A stretch of DNA of 64,000 nt, taken from Dehalococcoidia bacterium (lineage in GTDB: Bacteria > Chloroflexota > Dehalococcoidia > Lucifugimonadales > UBA2985). The stretch covers positions 2,589,057 to 2,653,056 of the forward strand of contig OZ253466.1 of assembly GCA_965261605.1 (NCBI GenBank). Reading direction: 5' to 3'. Position 1 is the first letter of the stretch. Each line of letters opens with the position of its first letter. Below the pieces are notes generated by a model. That model had not been told where the DNA came from and searched no databases. It saw only the letters and a program-made list of their open reading frames with translations. Positions 29,814-37,668 of this stretch are shown here, piece after piece. A program made the position numbers and the translations under genes.

Positions 29814-30310
29814 GGTGGTGCCTGTCCAGACAAGCCGGTCAGCGGCATCGCTGCCGTCGTTGGCTTTGAAGGTCTAGGTGGCGCCCGCCTCGGTTCTGGC
29901 CGGGTTGGAGTGGTCCCAGTCGCCGTCGTAGAAGTCGGCGTAGTCGTTGGCGGCCCTCGGTCCGTTCAGCCACCAGATCTCCTCGCCGGTCCCGTCGCTG
30001 TCGGGGTCGGTGCCGGTGTGGTCCTTGGGCGAGGCCCCGTCTTTTGTCCCGGCCAGCGCCTTGAACAGCGGGCTGTAGTCGCGGATGTCGCTGTGGCCCC
30101 GGTTGTCCAGCGCCCACCGCACGGTGCCGTCGTAGGCGCCGATGCCCGCGGCCGTGGCATCGCGCGTCGAGGTAGTGACGATCAGCACGCGGAACGTGGT
30201 CCCGGTCACGATGCCCGGCGGCCGCAGGCTCCAGTCGTGGGGGACCACCGCCCGGTTGATGGTGACCTTGTAGGCCTTGGTGGCGCCGTCCTCGGCGGTC
30301 ACGGTGGCCG
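26310..30310. repeat. Intragenic tandem duplication with ~2.27-kb period
   Basis: e.g. 27001 aligns to 29272; long identical stretches interrupted by hypervariable patches; ends approximate. Confidence 0.8.
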
Positions 30311-33300
30311 TGATGACGCTCTCCCTCCCGGACAGGTCAACCTGGTACCCGGCGGCAGCGGCGGCGGCGGCGGGAGTGATGACCACGGTGGCTTTGATGT
30401 CGGACTTGGTGGCCTCCACCGTCACCTGGCCCGTCGAGTTCGGAAGGCTCATCGTGTAGGAGACCTTGTCGGCGGCGAAGTCGCTGACACTGGACCCGTC
30501 GATGGTCAGGTCGCTGAGGTCGGCGTTCGTGCCGGCCTCAGCGCGGGTGATGGTGACCGTATAGGCCTTGGTGGTCCCGTCCTCGGCGGTGACGGTGACG
30601 GTGACCGTGTTGCCTGCGCCGCCTAACACGCTCAGGTCCACGTCGTGGGCCGTCGTGCCGGTGTTGGCGTCGGCGGGAGTGATGACCACGTTGGCCTTGG
30701 TGTGGGACTTGGTGGCCGCGACGATCACCTGGGCTGTCGCGAATGGAACATCCAGGGTGTAGGAGGTGGTGTCGGCGGCGAAGGCGGTGACGCTGGTCCC
30801 GTCGATGGTCAGGGCGGTGAGGTCGGCGTCGCTGCTGGGCGGGTCGGCGCGGGTTATGGTGACCGTGTAGGCCTTGGTGGTCGCGTCCTCGGCGGTGACG
30901 GTGACGGTGACCGTGTTGTCGCCCACGATCAGGTCCAGCTGGTGGCCGTTGACCCCGGTGTCGGCGTCGGCGGGGCTGTATGCCACGTTGGCGTTGGTGT
31001 GGGACGCGGTGGCCGCGACCGTCACCTGTGCCGTCACGTTCTCGACGTCCATCGTGTAGGAGGTGGTGTCGGCGGCAAAGCCGGTTACGCTCGTCCCGTC
31101 GATGGTCAGGGCGCTCAGGTCGGCGTTGCCGCTTTGGACCACTCGGAACACGTAGCTCAGGCCGTAGTAGAAATGACGCCGGCCCGGCGCGAAGGTGGCG
31201 GAGCTGTGTATCTCGTTCCCGGCGCCCTGGCCCGGCCTCCCCACCTGGACGTTCGAGCTGCCCATGCCCTGGGAATTGCCCGCGGAGTCCGTCGCCAGGG
31301 TGCCGTCGCTGTTCGAACCGGTCCAGATGAACGTGCCCGTGGTGAAGTTCAGCTCGTCACCGTTGTGGTCGCGGCCCGGGTTGGAGTGGTCCCAGGAGCC
31401 GTCGTAGAAGTCGGCGTAGTCGTCGGCCACCTTGGGGCCGCCCAGCCAGTAGATGGGCACGCCCGGTTCGGCCGACGTGTGGGTGGTGCCGGTGTGGTCC
31501 CGGGCGTTCACGCCCACCGTGCTACCCAGAAACCCTACGTGGTTTATATAGCCGGAGTTAGATATCAGGGTGGACGCCAAATCTTCATTCAGGTAATCGT
31601 TGTAGGTGCTGCTGTAGGGAGAGGATGCCAGCCACGCGTTGGTGTCGACGAATAGCAGCCGGAACTCGTCGCCGACTTCCAGTCCGGAAGGAATCCCGGC
31701 CCAGTCCGATGGCACGTCCTGGACGATGTCACGCAGAAGCACCTCATCGGTGAGTGTTCCCAGTCCCCCGGTCACTCCGGCGGGCAGCGTCCCGAAGGTG
31801 AGGTGGACGTATTCCCCTGTTTCAGTGACGCCGTCCTCGGTGGCAGTGACGGTGAAACCGGCATGGAGCTCGCCGCTGTTGATGGTCACCGAGGTGGCCG
31901 GCAGAGTGAAGTCCGCGCTTCCGGCCCCGTTCCTGGGCGTAACCGTGATCGGAATCTCCACCGTGCGTTCCGGGTCCTTGTCCAGTTGCACCTTCACGAC
32001 GGCCCCGTGGGTCCCCTCGACGGCAACGTAACGCTCTTCGACGAACGTGACCTTCACCGCGACCACGTCGTCGTTCACCAACTCCACCGTGGCGCTGGCC
32101 TGCGCGCCCGCGCTCACCCGGTCCGGGAAGACGCCGAAGCCCAGGGTCACGCTCTCTCCGTCGTCTATGTCATTCTCATCCGTGGCGGTGACGGTGAAGG
32201 TGGCCGAGGTCTGCCCGCTGCTGATGGTCACCGAGTTGGCCGACAGGGAGTAGTCGCCGCTGACCGCGCCGTCGGCGCCTGCGGCGGTGATGGGAATGGT
32301 GACGCTGCGCTCCGGGTCGGCGCTGAGGTTGACGGTGACCGTGGCCGCGGCGCCGCCCTCCGTGGCGGTGTAGCTGGCGGCGCCGAACTGGGCCGTCACG
32401 CGGGGATGGTCGTCGTCGGTCAGCGCTACCGTGGCGGTGGCCTGCGTACCGGCGCTGACGCCGGAGGGCAGGTTCCCGAAGCTCAGCGACACGCTCTCCC
32501 CGTCGTCGTCGTCGTCGTCGCCGTCGTCGGTGGCGGTGACAGTAAAGGTGGCCGAGGTCTGCCCGCTGGCGATGGTCACCGAGCTGGCCGACAGGGAGTA
32601 GTCGCCGCTACCGGCCCCGCCGGCGCCGGAGGCGGTGATGGGGATGGTGACGCTGCGCTCCGGGTCGGCGCTCAGGTTCACCGTGACCGTGGCGGTGGCG
32701 CCATCCTCGGCTGCGGTGTAGCTGGCGGCGCCGAACTGGGCCGTCACGCGGGGATCGTCGTTGTCGGTCAGGCTCACCGTGGCGGTGGCCTGCGTACCGG
32801 CGCTGACGCCCGGCGGCAGGGTCCCCAAGCCCAGGGTCACGCTTTCCCCGTCGTCGTCGCTGTCGTCGCTGGCGGTGACGGTGAAGGTGGCCGAGGTCTG
32901 CCCGCTGTTGATCGTCACCGAGGCGGCGGACAGGGAGTAGTCGCCGCTGACCGCGCCGCCTGCGCCGGAGGCCGTGATCGGTATGGTCACCGTTTCTCCG
33001 GGGTCGGCGCTCAGGTTGACCGTGACGGTGGCGGCGGCGCCGCCCTCGGCGGCGGTGTACGTCGCCGCGCCGAACTGCGCCGTAACCTGGAAGGCGGCCG
33101 CCCGGTAGATAGCGATGCTATAGATCTTGGTGGTCCCGTCCTCGGCGGTGACGGTCACGGTTACCGTGGTGTTACCCACGTCGAGGTCCACCTCGTGGGG
33201 CGTCGTGTTGGTGTCGGCGTCGGCGGGGCTGTAGGACACAACGGCATTGCCGTCGGACGCGGTGGCCGCCACGGTGACCCGGGCCGTCGCGTTCACGACG

Positions 33301-35669
33301 TTCATGGTGTAGGCGGTGGTGTCGGCGGCGAAGCCGGTGACGCTCGTCCCGTCGATGGTCAGGGTGCTGAGGTCGGCGTCGGCGCTGAGCGCCGACAGCC
33401 GGGTGACGGTTACGGTGTAGGTCCGGGTCGACGTGCTGTTGGTCCCGGTCACCGTCACCGTGATGGTGTTCGCGCCCACGTCCAGGTCCACCTGATGGCC
33501 GCTGGCGACGGTGTCGGCGTCGGTGGGGGTGGTGACCACGCCGGCGCTGCTCTGGCTGGGCGTGGCCGTCACCGTGGTGGCGCTCACCGAGTTGTCCACC
33601 GTGGCGGTGTATGACTCAATGCCGGCGGCGAAGGCCGGCGCCAGGGTGATGCCGCTGAGGGACAGCGCCGACAGCCTGGCGTCGGCGCCGGTCATGCTGC
33701 CGTCCACCTTGTGCTTGGACTGGGTGCCCAGAGGCAGGTTCTGGAGGATGGCGTCGGCGCCCGTCTCCACGCCGGTCACGGCGTCGCCGGAGTCCAGCCG
33801 GAAGCTCCGGTTGGTGCTGTTGTCGTGGCCGGGGATCCAGATGCCGTCGGTGTCCGCGTCGCCGGACTGCACCGTGTAGGCGAACACCAGCTGGGTGCTG
33901 CCGCTGCCCGACACCAGGTCCGCCAACTTCCCGCCGCCCACGCTGAGCCAGAACTGCGGGGTCCCGCTGACCACCACCGCCTCGTTGAAGGTGACGGTGA
34001 TCTCGATGTCCTCGCCCGCCCCGTAGGTGTCCGTCCCCGCCTCCGGCGTGGAAGTTACCTCCACACCGTCGCGGACGACGTACGGAATATCCGTATCGGT
34101 GACCCGGAACACGTAGGACAGGCCGTAGAGACGGTAACTATTGCTAGAACTCACGGCCCCATGAGAGATCTCACTGCCTGAACCCTGGCCAGGTGAACCA
34201 TGCCGGACAGTAGAGCGTCCCAAGGCCCGGGAATTGCCAGAGCTGAACCCCTCGGCGCCATTTTCTTGGGAACCGGTCCAAATCCGGTCAGTGGCATTAT
34301 TCCCATCAAAGTCCACTTCCGACCCGTCCTCGTTCCGGCCAGGGTCGCGGTGGTCCCAGGAGTTGTCGTAGAAGTCCTGGTACTGGTCGGCGGCCTTGGG
34401 GCCTTCCAGCCAGTAGATCGGCACGCCCCGGTCGGAAGAGGTGTGAGTGGTGGCGGTGTTGACCCGGGCTTCCACGGCCTCTGTGCTGGCCAGCGCTGCG
34501 AAGTGATCACTATAGTCCTGGAGCTGGGCAAGCCCGCTGGATGCGGCGTCCTGCACGAAGGTGTTGTAGACGGCGATGTCGGAAGAGCTGGCGTTGCGTC
34601 TGCCGGAGGTGGCGAACAGCAGCCGGAACTCGCCGCCGGCGCCCACTCCTTCCGGGACCAGCAGCCAGTGGTCCGGCGCCTCGCGGACCAGGTCTAGCAG
34701 CTCCACGGTGGCGGCGGTCTGCCCGCCGGGGGTCACCCCGGCGGGCAGGGTCCCGAAACTCAGGGAGATGCTCTCGTCGTCGACGTCGCCATCCTGCTCG
34801 GCGGTGACGGTGAAGGTCTCGTAGGGGCGGTCGCTGCCGTCGGTCTGGCTGTCGCCGTCGAAGGTGACGCTGTCCGGCACGCCGGAGTAGTCCCCCGTCC
34901 CGGCGCCGCCCTGCCGCTCCACCTCAATCGGGACGGTCACGGCGCCCTTCGGGTCGGCGCTCAGCTTCACCGTAACGGTCGCCCCGGCCGCCCGCTCCAC
35001 GGCGGTGTAGGAGGAGCTGCCCCAGAAGACCGTAACCGCTGCCCGGACCGGTCCGGTCGGGATGCTGACCCGCGTCTCATCGTTGCCGGCGTCGTCTATG
35101 AAGGTCGCCCGCACCCTGATTGACTTGCCCGCGTCGTCTTCGGTCAGCGTGTAGGTCCGGCTGGTCGCCCCGCTGATCTCGGTGTCGGTGTCGGTGTCCA
35201 CGCGAAGCCACTGGTAAGAGTAGCTGGCGTTGCTGAGGCCGTCGGCGTCCTCGATACCGCTGGTGTCGGCCGTGAGCGTCCGCCCGACCACCGGCGTGCC
35301 GCTGATGCTGAAACCGCTGTACCGCAGCTCCAGGGTGTAGCGGCCGGACCGGTCGAAGCGGCTCGCTGCGGCGATATAGAAGGTCCCGCCCTCCGCCGGA
35401 GCGAAGGAGGCCTGGCTGTTGAACGCATCCAGGTAGCTGACCCGGACCTTGTTCCCGTTGGCGTCGTACACCGACACCACCGGGAACTTCAGCGGCCAGT
35501 CGCTGCGCTGCCGGATCGTTGCGACGTACTGCAACCCCGCTTCCAGGGACGTTTCGAACCAGTCCACGTCGCCCCGGTAGTCAATGGTCGCAGCGACCGA
35601 CGCTCCCGAGGCGATCTCCCCCGGTGTGCTCTCGTTGTCCGGCTGGGTGTCGTCGGGGACCGCCAGCAC
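29874..35669 (-). CDS. Giant gene segment 2: PPC-like, Calx-beta-like, cadherin-like and lectin-like modules
   Basis: 1931-aa ORF; VTAQFGAASYTAAEG repeats; FRLLFxT..PIYWLxGPK..WTG modules. Confidence 0.8.
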   Translation of the reverse strand: MLAVPDDTQPDNESTPGEIASGASVAATIDYRGDVDWFETSLEAGLQYVATIRQRSDWPLKFPVVSVYDANGNKVRVSYLDAFNSQASFAPAEGGTFYIAAASRFDRSGRYTLELRYSGFSISGTPVVGRTLTADTSGIEDADGLSNASYSYQWLRVDTDTDTEISGATSRTYTLTEDDAGKSIRVRATFIDDAGNDETRVSIPTGPVRAAVTVFWGSSSYTAVERAAGATVTVKLSADPKGAVTVPIEVERQGGAGTGDYSGVPDSVTFDGDSQTDGSDRPYETFTVTAEQDGDVDDESISLSFGTLPAGVTPGGQTAATVELLDLVREAPDHWLLVPEGVGAGGEFRLLFATSGRRNASSSDIAVYNTFVQDAASSGLAQLQDYSDHFAALASTEAVEARVNTATTHTSSDRGVPIYWLEGPKAADQYQDFYDNSWDHRDPGRNEDGSEVDFDGNNATDRIWTGSQENGAEGFSSGNSRALGRSTVRHGSPGQGSGSEISHGAVSSSNSYRLYGLSYVFRVTDTDIPYVVRDGVEVTSTPEAGTDTYGAGEDIEITVTFNEAVVVSGTPQFWLSVGGGKLADLVSGSGSTQLVFAYTVQSGDADTDGIWIPGHDNSTNRSFRLDSGDAVTGVETGADAILQNLPLGTQSKHKVDGSMTGADARLSALSLSGITLAPAFAAGIESYTATVDNSVSATTVTATPSQSSAGVVTTPTDADTVASGHQVDLDVGANTITVTVTGTNSTSTRTYTVTVTRLSALSADADLSTLTIDGTSVTGFAADTTAYTMNVVNATARVTVAATASDGNAVVSYSPADADTNTTPHEVDLDVGNTTVTVTVTAEDGTTKIYSIAIYRAAAFQVTAQFGAATYTAAEGGAAATVTVNLSADPGETVTIPITASGAGGAVSGDYSLSAASVTINSGQTSATFTVTASDDSDDDGESVTLGLGTLPPGVSAGTQATATVSLTDNDDPRVTAQFGAASYTAAEDGATATVTVNLSADPERSVTIPITASGAGGAGSGDYSLSASSVTIASGQTSATFTVTATDDGDDDDDDGESVSLSFGNLPSGVSAGTQATATVALTDDDHPRVTAQFGAASYTATEGGAAATVTVNLSADPERSVTIPITAAGADGAVSGDYSLSANSVTISSGQTSATFTVTATDENDIDDGESVTLGFGVFPDRVSAGAQASATVELVNDDVVAVKVTFVEERYVAVEGTHGAVVKVQLDKDPERTVEIPITVTPRNGAGSADFTLPATSVTINSGELHAGFTVTATEDGVTETGEYVHLTFGTLPAGVTGGLGTLTDEVLLRDIVQDVPSDWAGIPSGLEVGDEFRLLFVDTNAWLASSPYSSTYNDYLNEDLASTLISNSGYINHVGFLGSTVGVNARDHTGTTHTSAEPGVPIYWLGGPKVADDYADFYDGSWDHSNPGRDHNGDELNFTTGTFIWTGSNSDGTLATDSAGNSQGMGSSNVQVGRPGQGAGNEIHSSATFAPGRRHFYYGLSYVFRVVQSGNADLSALTIDGTSVTGFAADTTSYTMDVENVTAQVTVAATASHTNANVAYSPADADTGVNGHQLDLIVGDNTVTVTVTAEDATTKAYTVTITRADPPSSDADLTALTIDGTSVTAFAADTTSYTLDVPFATAQVIVAATKSHTKANVVITPADANTGTTAHDVDLSVLGGAGNTVTVTVTAEDGTTKAYTVTITRAEAGTNADLSDLTIDGSSVSDFAADKVSYTMSLPNSTGQVTVEATKSDIKATVVITPAAAAAAAGYQVDLSGRESVITATVTAEDGATKAYKVTINRAVVPHDWSLRPPGIVTGTTFRVLIVTTSTRDATAAGIGAYDGTVRWALDNRGHSDIRDYSPLFKALAGTKDGASPKDHTGTDPDSDGTGEEIWWLNGPRAANDYADFYDGDWDHSNPARTEAGAT

Positions 35670-35679
35670 GCGCAGGGCG

Positions 35680-36450
35680 TTAGGTGCCGATCGGGTTACC
35701 GTAGCCTCGCGCTCTCAGGTAGTAGTCGCCGGAGGCCGACGCCAGGTAGTGCATGCGGGCGTTGCACTCCCCGCTTTGATGGTCGCAGACCGTGCCCACC
35801 TCGGTGGTGCCGCCGATCGCGACGCCGTTCGCGTCGTACAGGCCGGAGATCACCGGTTTTTCCAGAGTCCGCGAGTCGCTTTGGTACGACCCCTTCAGGG
35901 CGAACCGGTACATCTGGCCGGCCTCCAGCCTGATCCGGATCCAGTCCGCTTCGCCGGCCGACCTGACGGACCCCCAGTACTGGACGGACGAGGCGCCGTT
36001 CTGGCCGGTGTCCACGGCGACCAGGGCGGTCGTGCCGACGCCGTCCAGGGCGTCCGCGACGTTGACGGTCACGGTGTAGGTCTTCCTGGTCGAGCCGTTC
36101 TCGGCGGTGACCGTAACGCTTACCGTGTTCCGCCCCTCGTTCAGGGCCACCTGGTGGCCGTCGGTATCGCTGTCGGCGTCCGTGCCCCCGTAGGCGATGC
36201 TGGCGCCCGTGTCCGCCGCCACGGCGGCGACGGTGGCCGGTCCCTCGGGGGCATCCAGGTTCACGGTGTACGAGATCGTGCTGCCGCTGAAGCCGGCAAC
36301 GTCGGTCCCCAGGAGGCTGAGGGAGCTCAGATTCGCGTTGTTGGACAAGGACTGGGCGGCAACGGGAGGCGCCGCCAGCAGCAGGCCGACCACGAGCAGT
36401 GCCAGCGCCGCCGCCAGTAATGGTATGCGGGAAGAGATTGCGGCAGGCAT
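35680..36450 (-). CDS. Giant gene segment 1: signal peptide, cadherin-like and PPC-like domains
   Basis: Sec-type signal then NANLSSLSL..TYTVTVN and GEADWIRIRLEAGQMY. Confidence 0.75.
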   Translation of the reverse strand: MPAAISSRIPLLAAALALLVVGLLLAAPPVAAQSLSNNANLSSLSLLGTDVAGFSGSTISYTVNLDAPEGPATVAAVAADTGASIAYGGTDADSDTDGHQVALNEGRNTVSVTVTAENGSTRKTYTVTVNVADALDGVGTTALVAVDTGQNGASSVQYWGSVRSAGEADWIRIRLEAGQMYRFALKGSYQSDSRTLEKPVISGLYDANGVAIGGTTEVGTVCDHQSGECNARMHYLASASGDYYLRARGYGNPIGT

Positions 36451-36765
36451 ACCGTCAGCCCTGCGCCCGCGGCGCGGCTGGAGTGAAGGTGGGCGCCTGC
36501 CCGGCAGTACCGGAACGGGCGGTTGAGGTTGAGTAGGTAAAACTCGGGGGGAGCGGGGTACGCGACAAGGCGCGGCCATAGGCCGCGCTCCGGGCGATCC
36601 GGGTGGCGATGGACGGCACACAGGTCATGCCGTTGGAACTCCTTTTTCTATTGGCCTGACGGCCCGGTGTGTCGAGCCGGTCAAAAGACAGATTCGCACC
36701 ATCTGATCGATAGACCAGCGCTGCGACCGCCGTCTCCACTCCGACGAGGATTGGGATTCCTCATC

Positions 36766-37248
36766 TACCGGTGCGGGTCATCGCTCCTCTTTCACCTACC
36801 GTCGTATGATTGCCTGGACCTCTCGTCGCCCATGGCGCGACTGGCCGCCTGTATAGTAGCCTGCACCTAACGTAAATCGTAGCCTACGCCTACGTATATC
36901 GTATCGAGCCGCCAAGCCGGATATAAGGATCAAACGCCCTATTTGCATTAGGCATTTGTCTACAGGGCTTGTGTAGTCAAATGAACCTACAAACATAGGC
37001 CTGTGCCCATATTGCGGACGCGCCAGCCCTAGAGGACAATTGGCCGGTATTGGCTCAATGACTATGCAGGACGGGCAGAGGACATCTGAAGCTACAGCAT
37101 CGGCAATGTCAGTCGTGCGAGACGACCAAACGTGTGCCTGTTAGGGACCGACCAGTCCTTAAGTAAGTACGGCGCTGCTTGACGATGTTGAACGTCACAC
37201 CGACTTAGTAACTCGCGGTATTCACGAAACGGGCGCCTTTCTGAGGGC
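36766..37248 (-). promoter_or_regulatory. Conserved promoter/leader module, copy 1 (upstream of the giant gene)
   Basis: Reverse complement aligns to ~45394-45700 and ~53294-53697; boxes at 36996-37009, 36974-36987, 36949-36962; TACGAT -10 candidate. Confidence 0.8.
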
Positions 37249-37314
37249 CGTACCAGACGGCCTGGCCCAACGAGCCACGCACCGGCTACGGGTTTCAAAG
37301 GCCGAGACGCCAGA

Positions 37315-37480
37315 GCCAGGACGGGGGACCCGGTGTCGCTCAACCGGGAGGCGAGACGGATCGTCAAGAGATTGCGCCGCAAGCTGGGCGACGACCCAGG
37401 CAGCCCCACTTACATCCTCACCGAGCCCAGCGTCGGCTATCAGATGGAGGAGGGCGAGGGCCCGGAGACGGGAGGAGTCA
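37315..37480 (+). pseudogene. Internally deleted, inverted remnant of a hybrid-kinase paralog
   Basis: ARTGDPVSLNREARRIV|KRLRRKLGDDPGSPTYILTEPSVGYQMEEGEGPE joins PAS-start to wHTH-end at ATCGTCAA microhomology. Confidence 0.75.
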
Positions 37481-37668
37481 TAGGAAATCTCCTATTCATA
37501 CCCTGGCCATCGTTGCAGCGGCTGCATGCCGCTTTGTGGACGCGCGCCCTGTTGGTAGGATCGTCTTCGTAGACCCAGTAAATCATCGTTCCTCTTCTGT
37601 TTCTCGCCCCGTCATTCAGACGAGGGGAACCTACAGGGCATCAGAGGGTAGAACCTACCCTCTGTGCT

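Larger units (their letters stand above)
16595..36450 (-). pseudogene. Giant (~6,600 aa) modular secreted adhesin-like gene broken by three lesions
   Basis: Signal peptide (..LLLAAPPVAAQS); extra A at ~35681 (ACC TAA C vs ACC TAC); TAG at 29874-29876 where the paralogous repeat has AAG; TGCA duplication at 22161-22168; repairing these gives one continuous frame. Alternative RBS-backed ATG at 36628 would need a fourth lesion. Confidence 0.85.

Noticed and set aside
3767-29876. Stop-codon reassignment explaining the in-frame stops
   Set aside because: Stops are both TAG and TAA, replace different residues, co-occur with frameshifts, and TAG terminates intact genes
27360-30250. Classical diversity-generating retroelement
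   Set aside because: No reverse transcriptase or non-coding template repeat in the window; differences are not restricted to adenines and AAC codons are conserved
17090-36420. Long plus-strand ORFs (e.g. 17090..19522, 22398..24407, 27024..28928, 31803..33614)
   Set aside because: Antisense shadows of the GC-rich repetitive giant gene; no domain-like content
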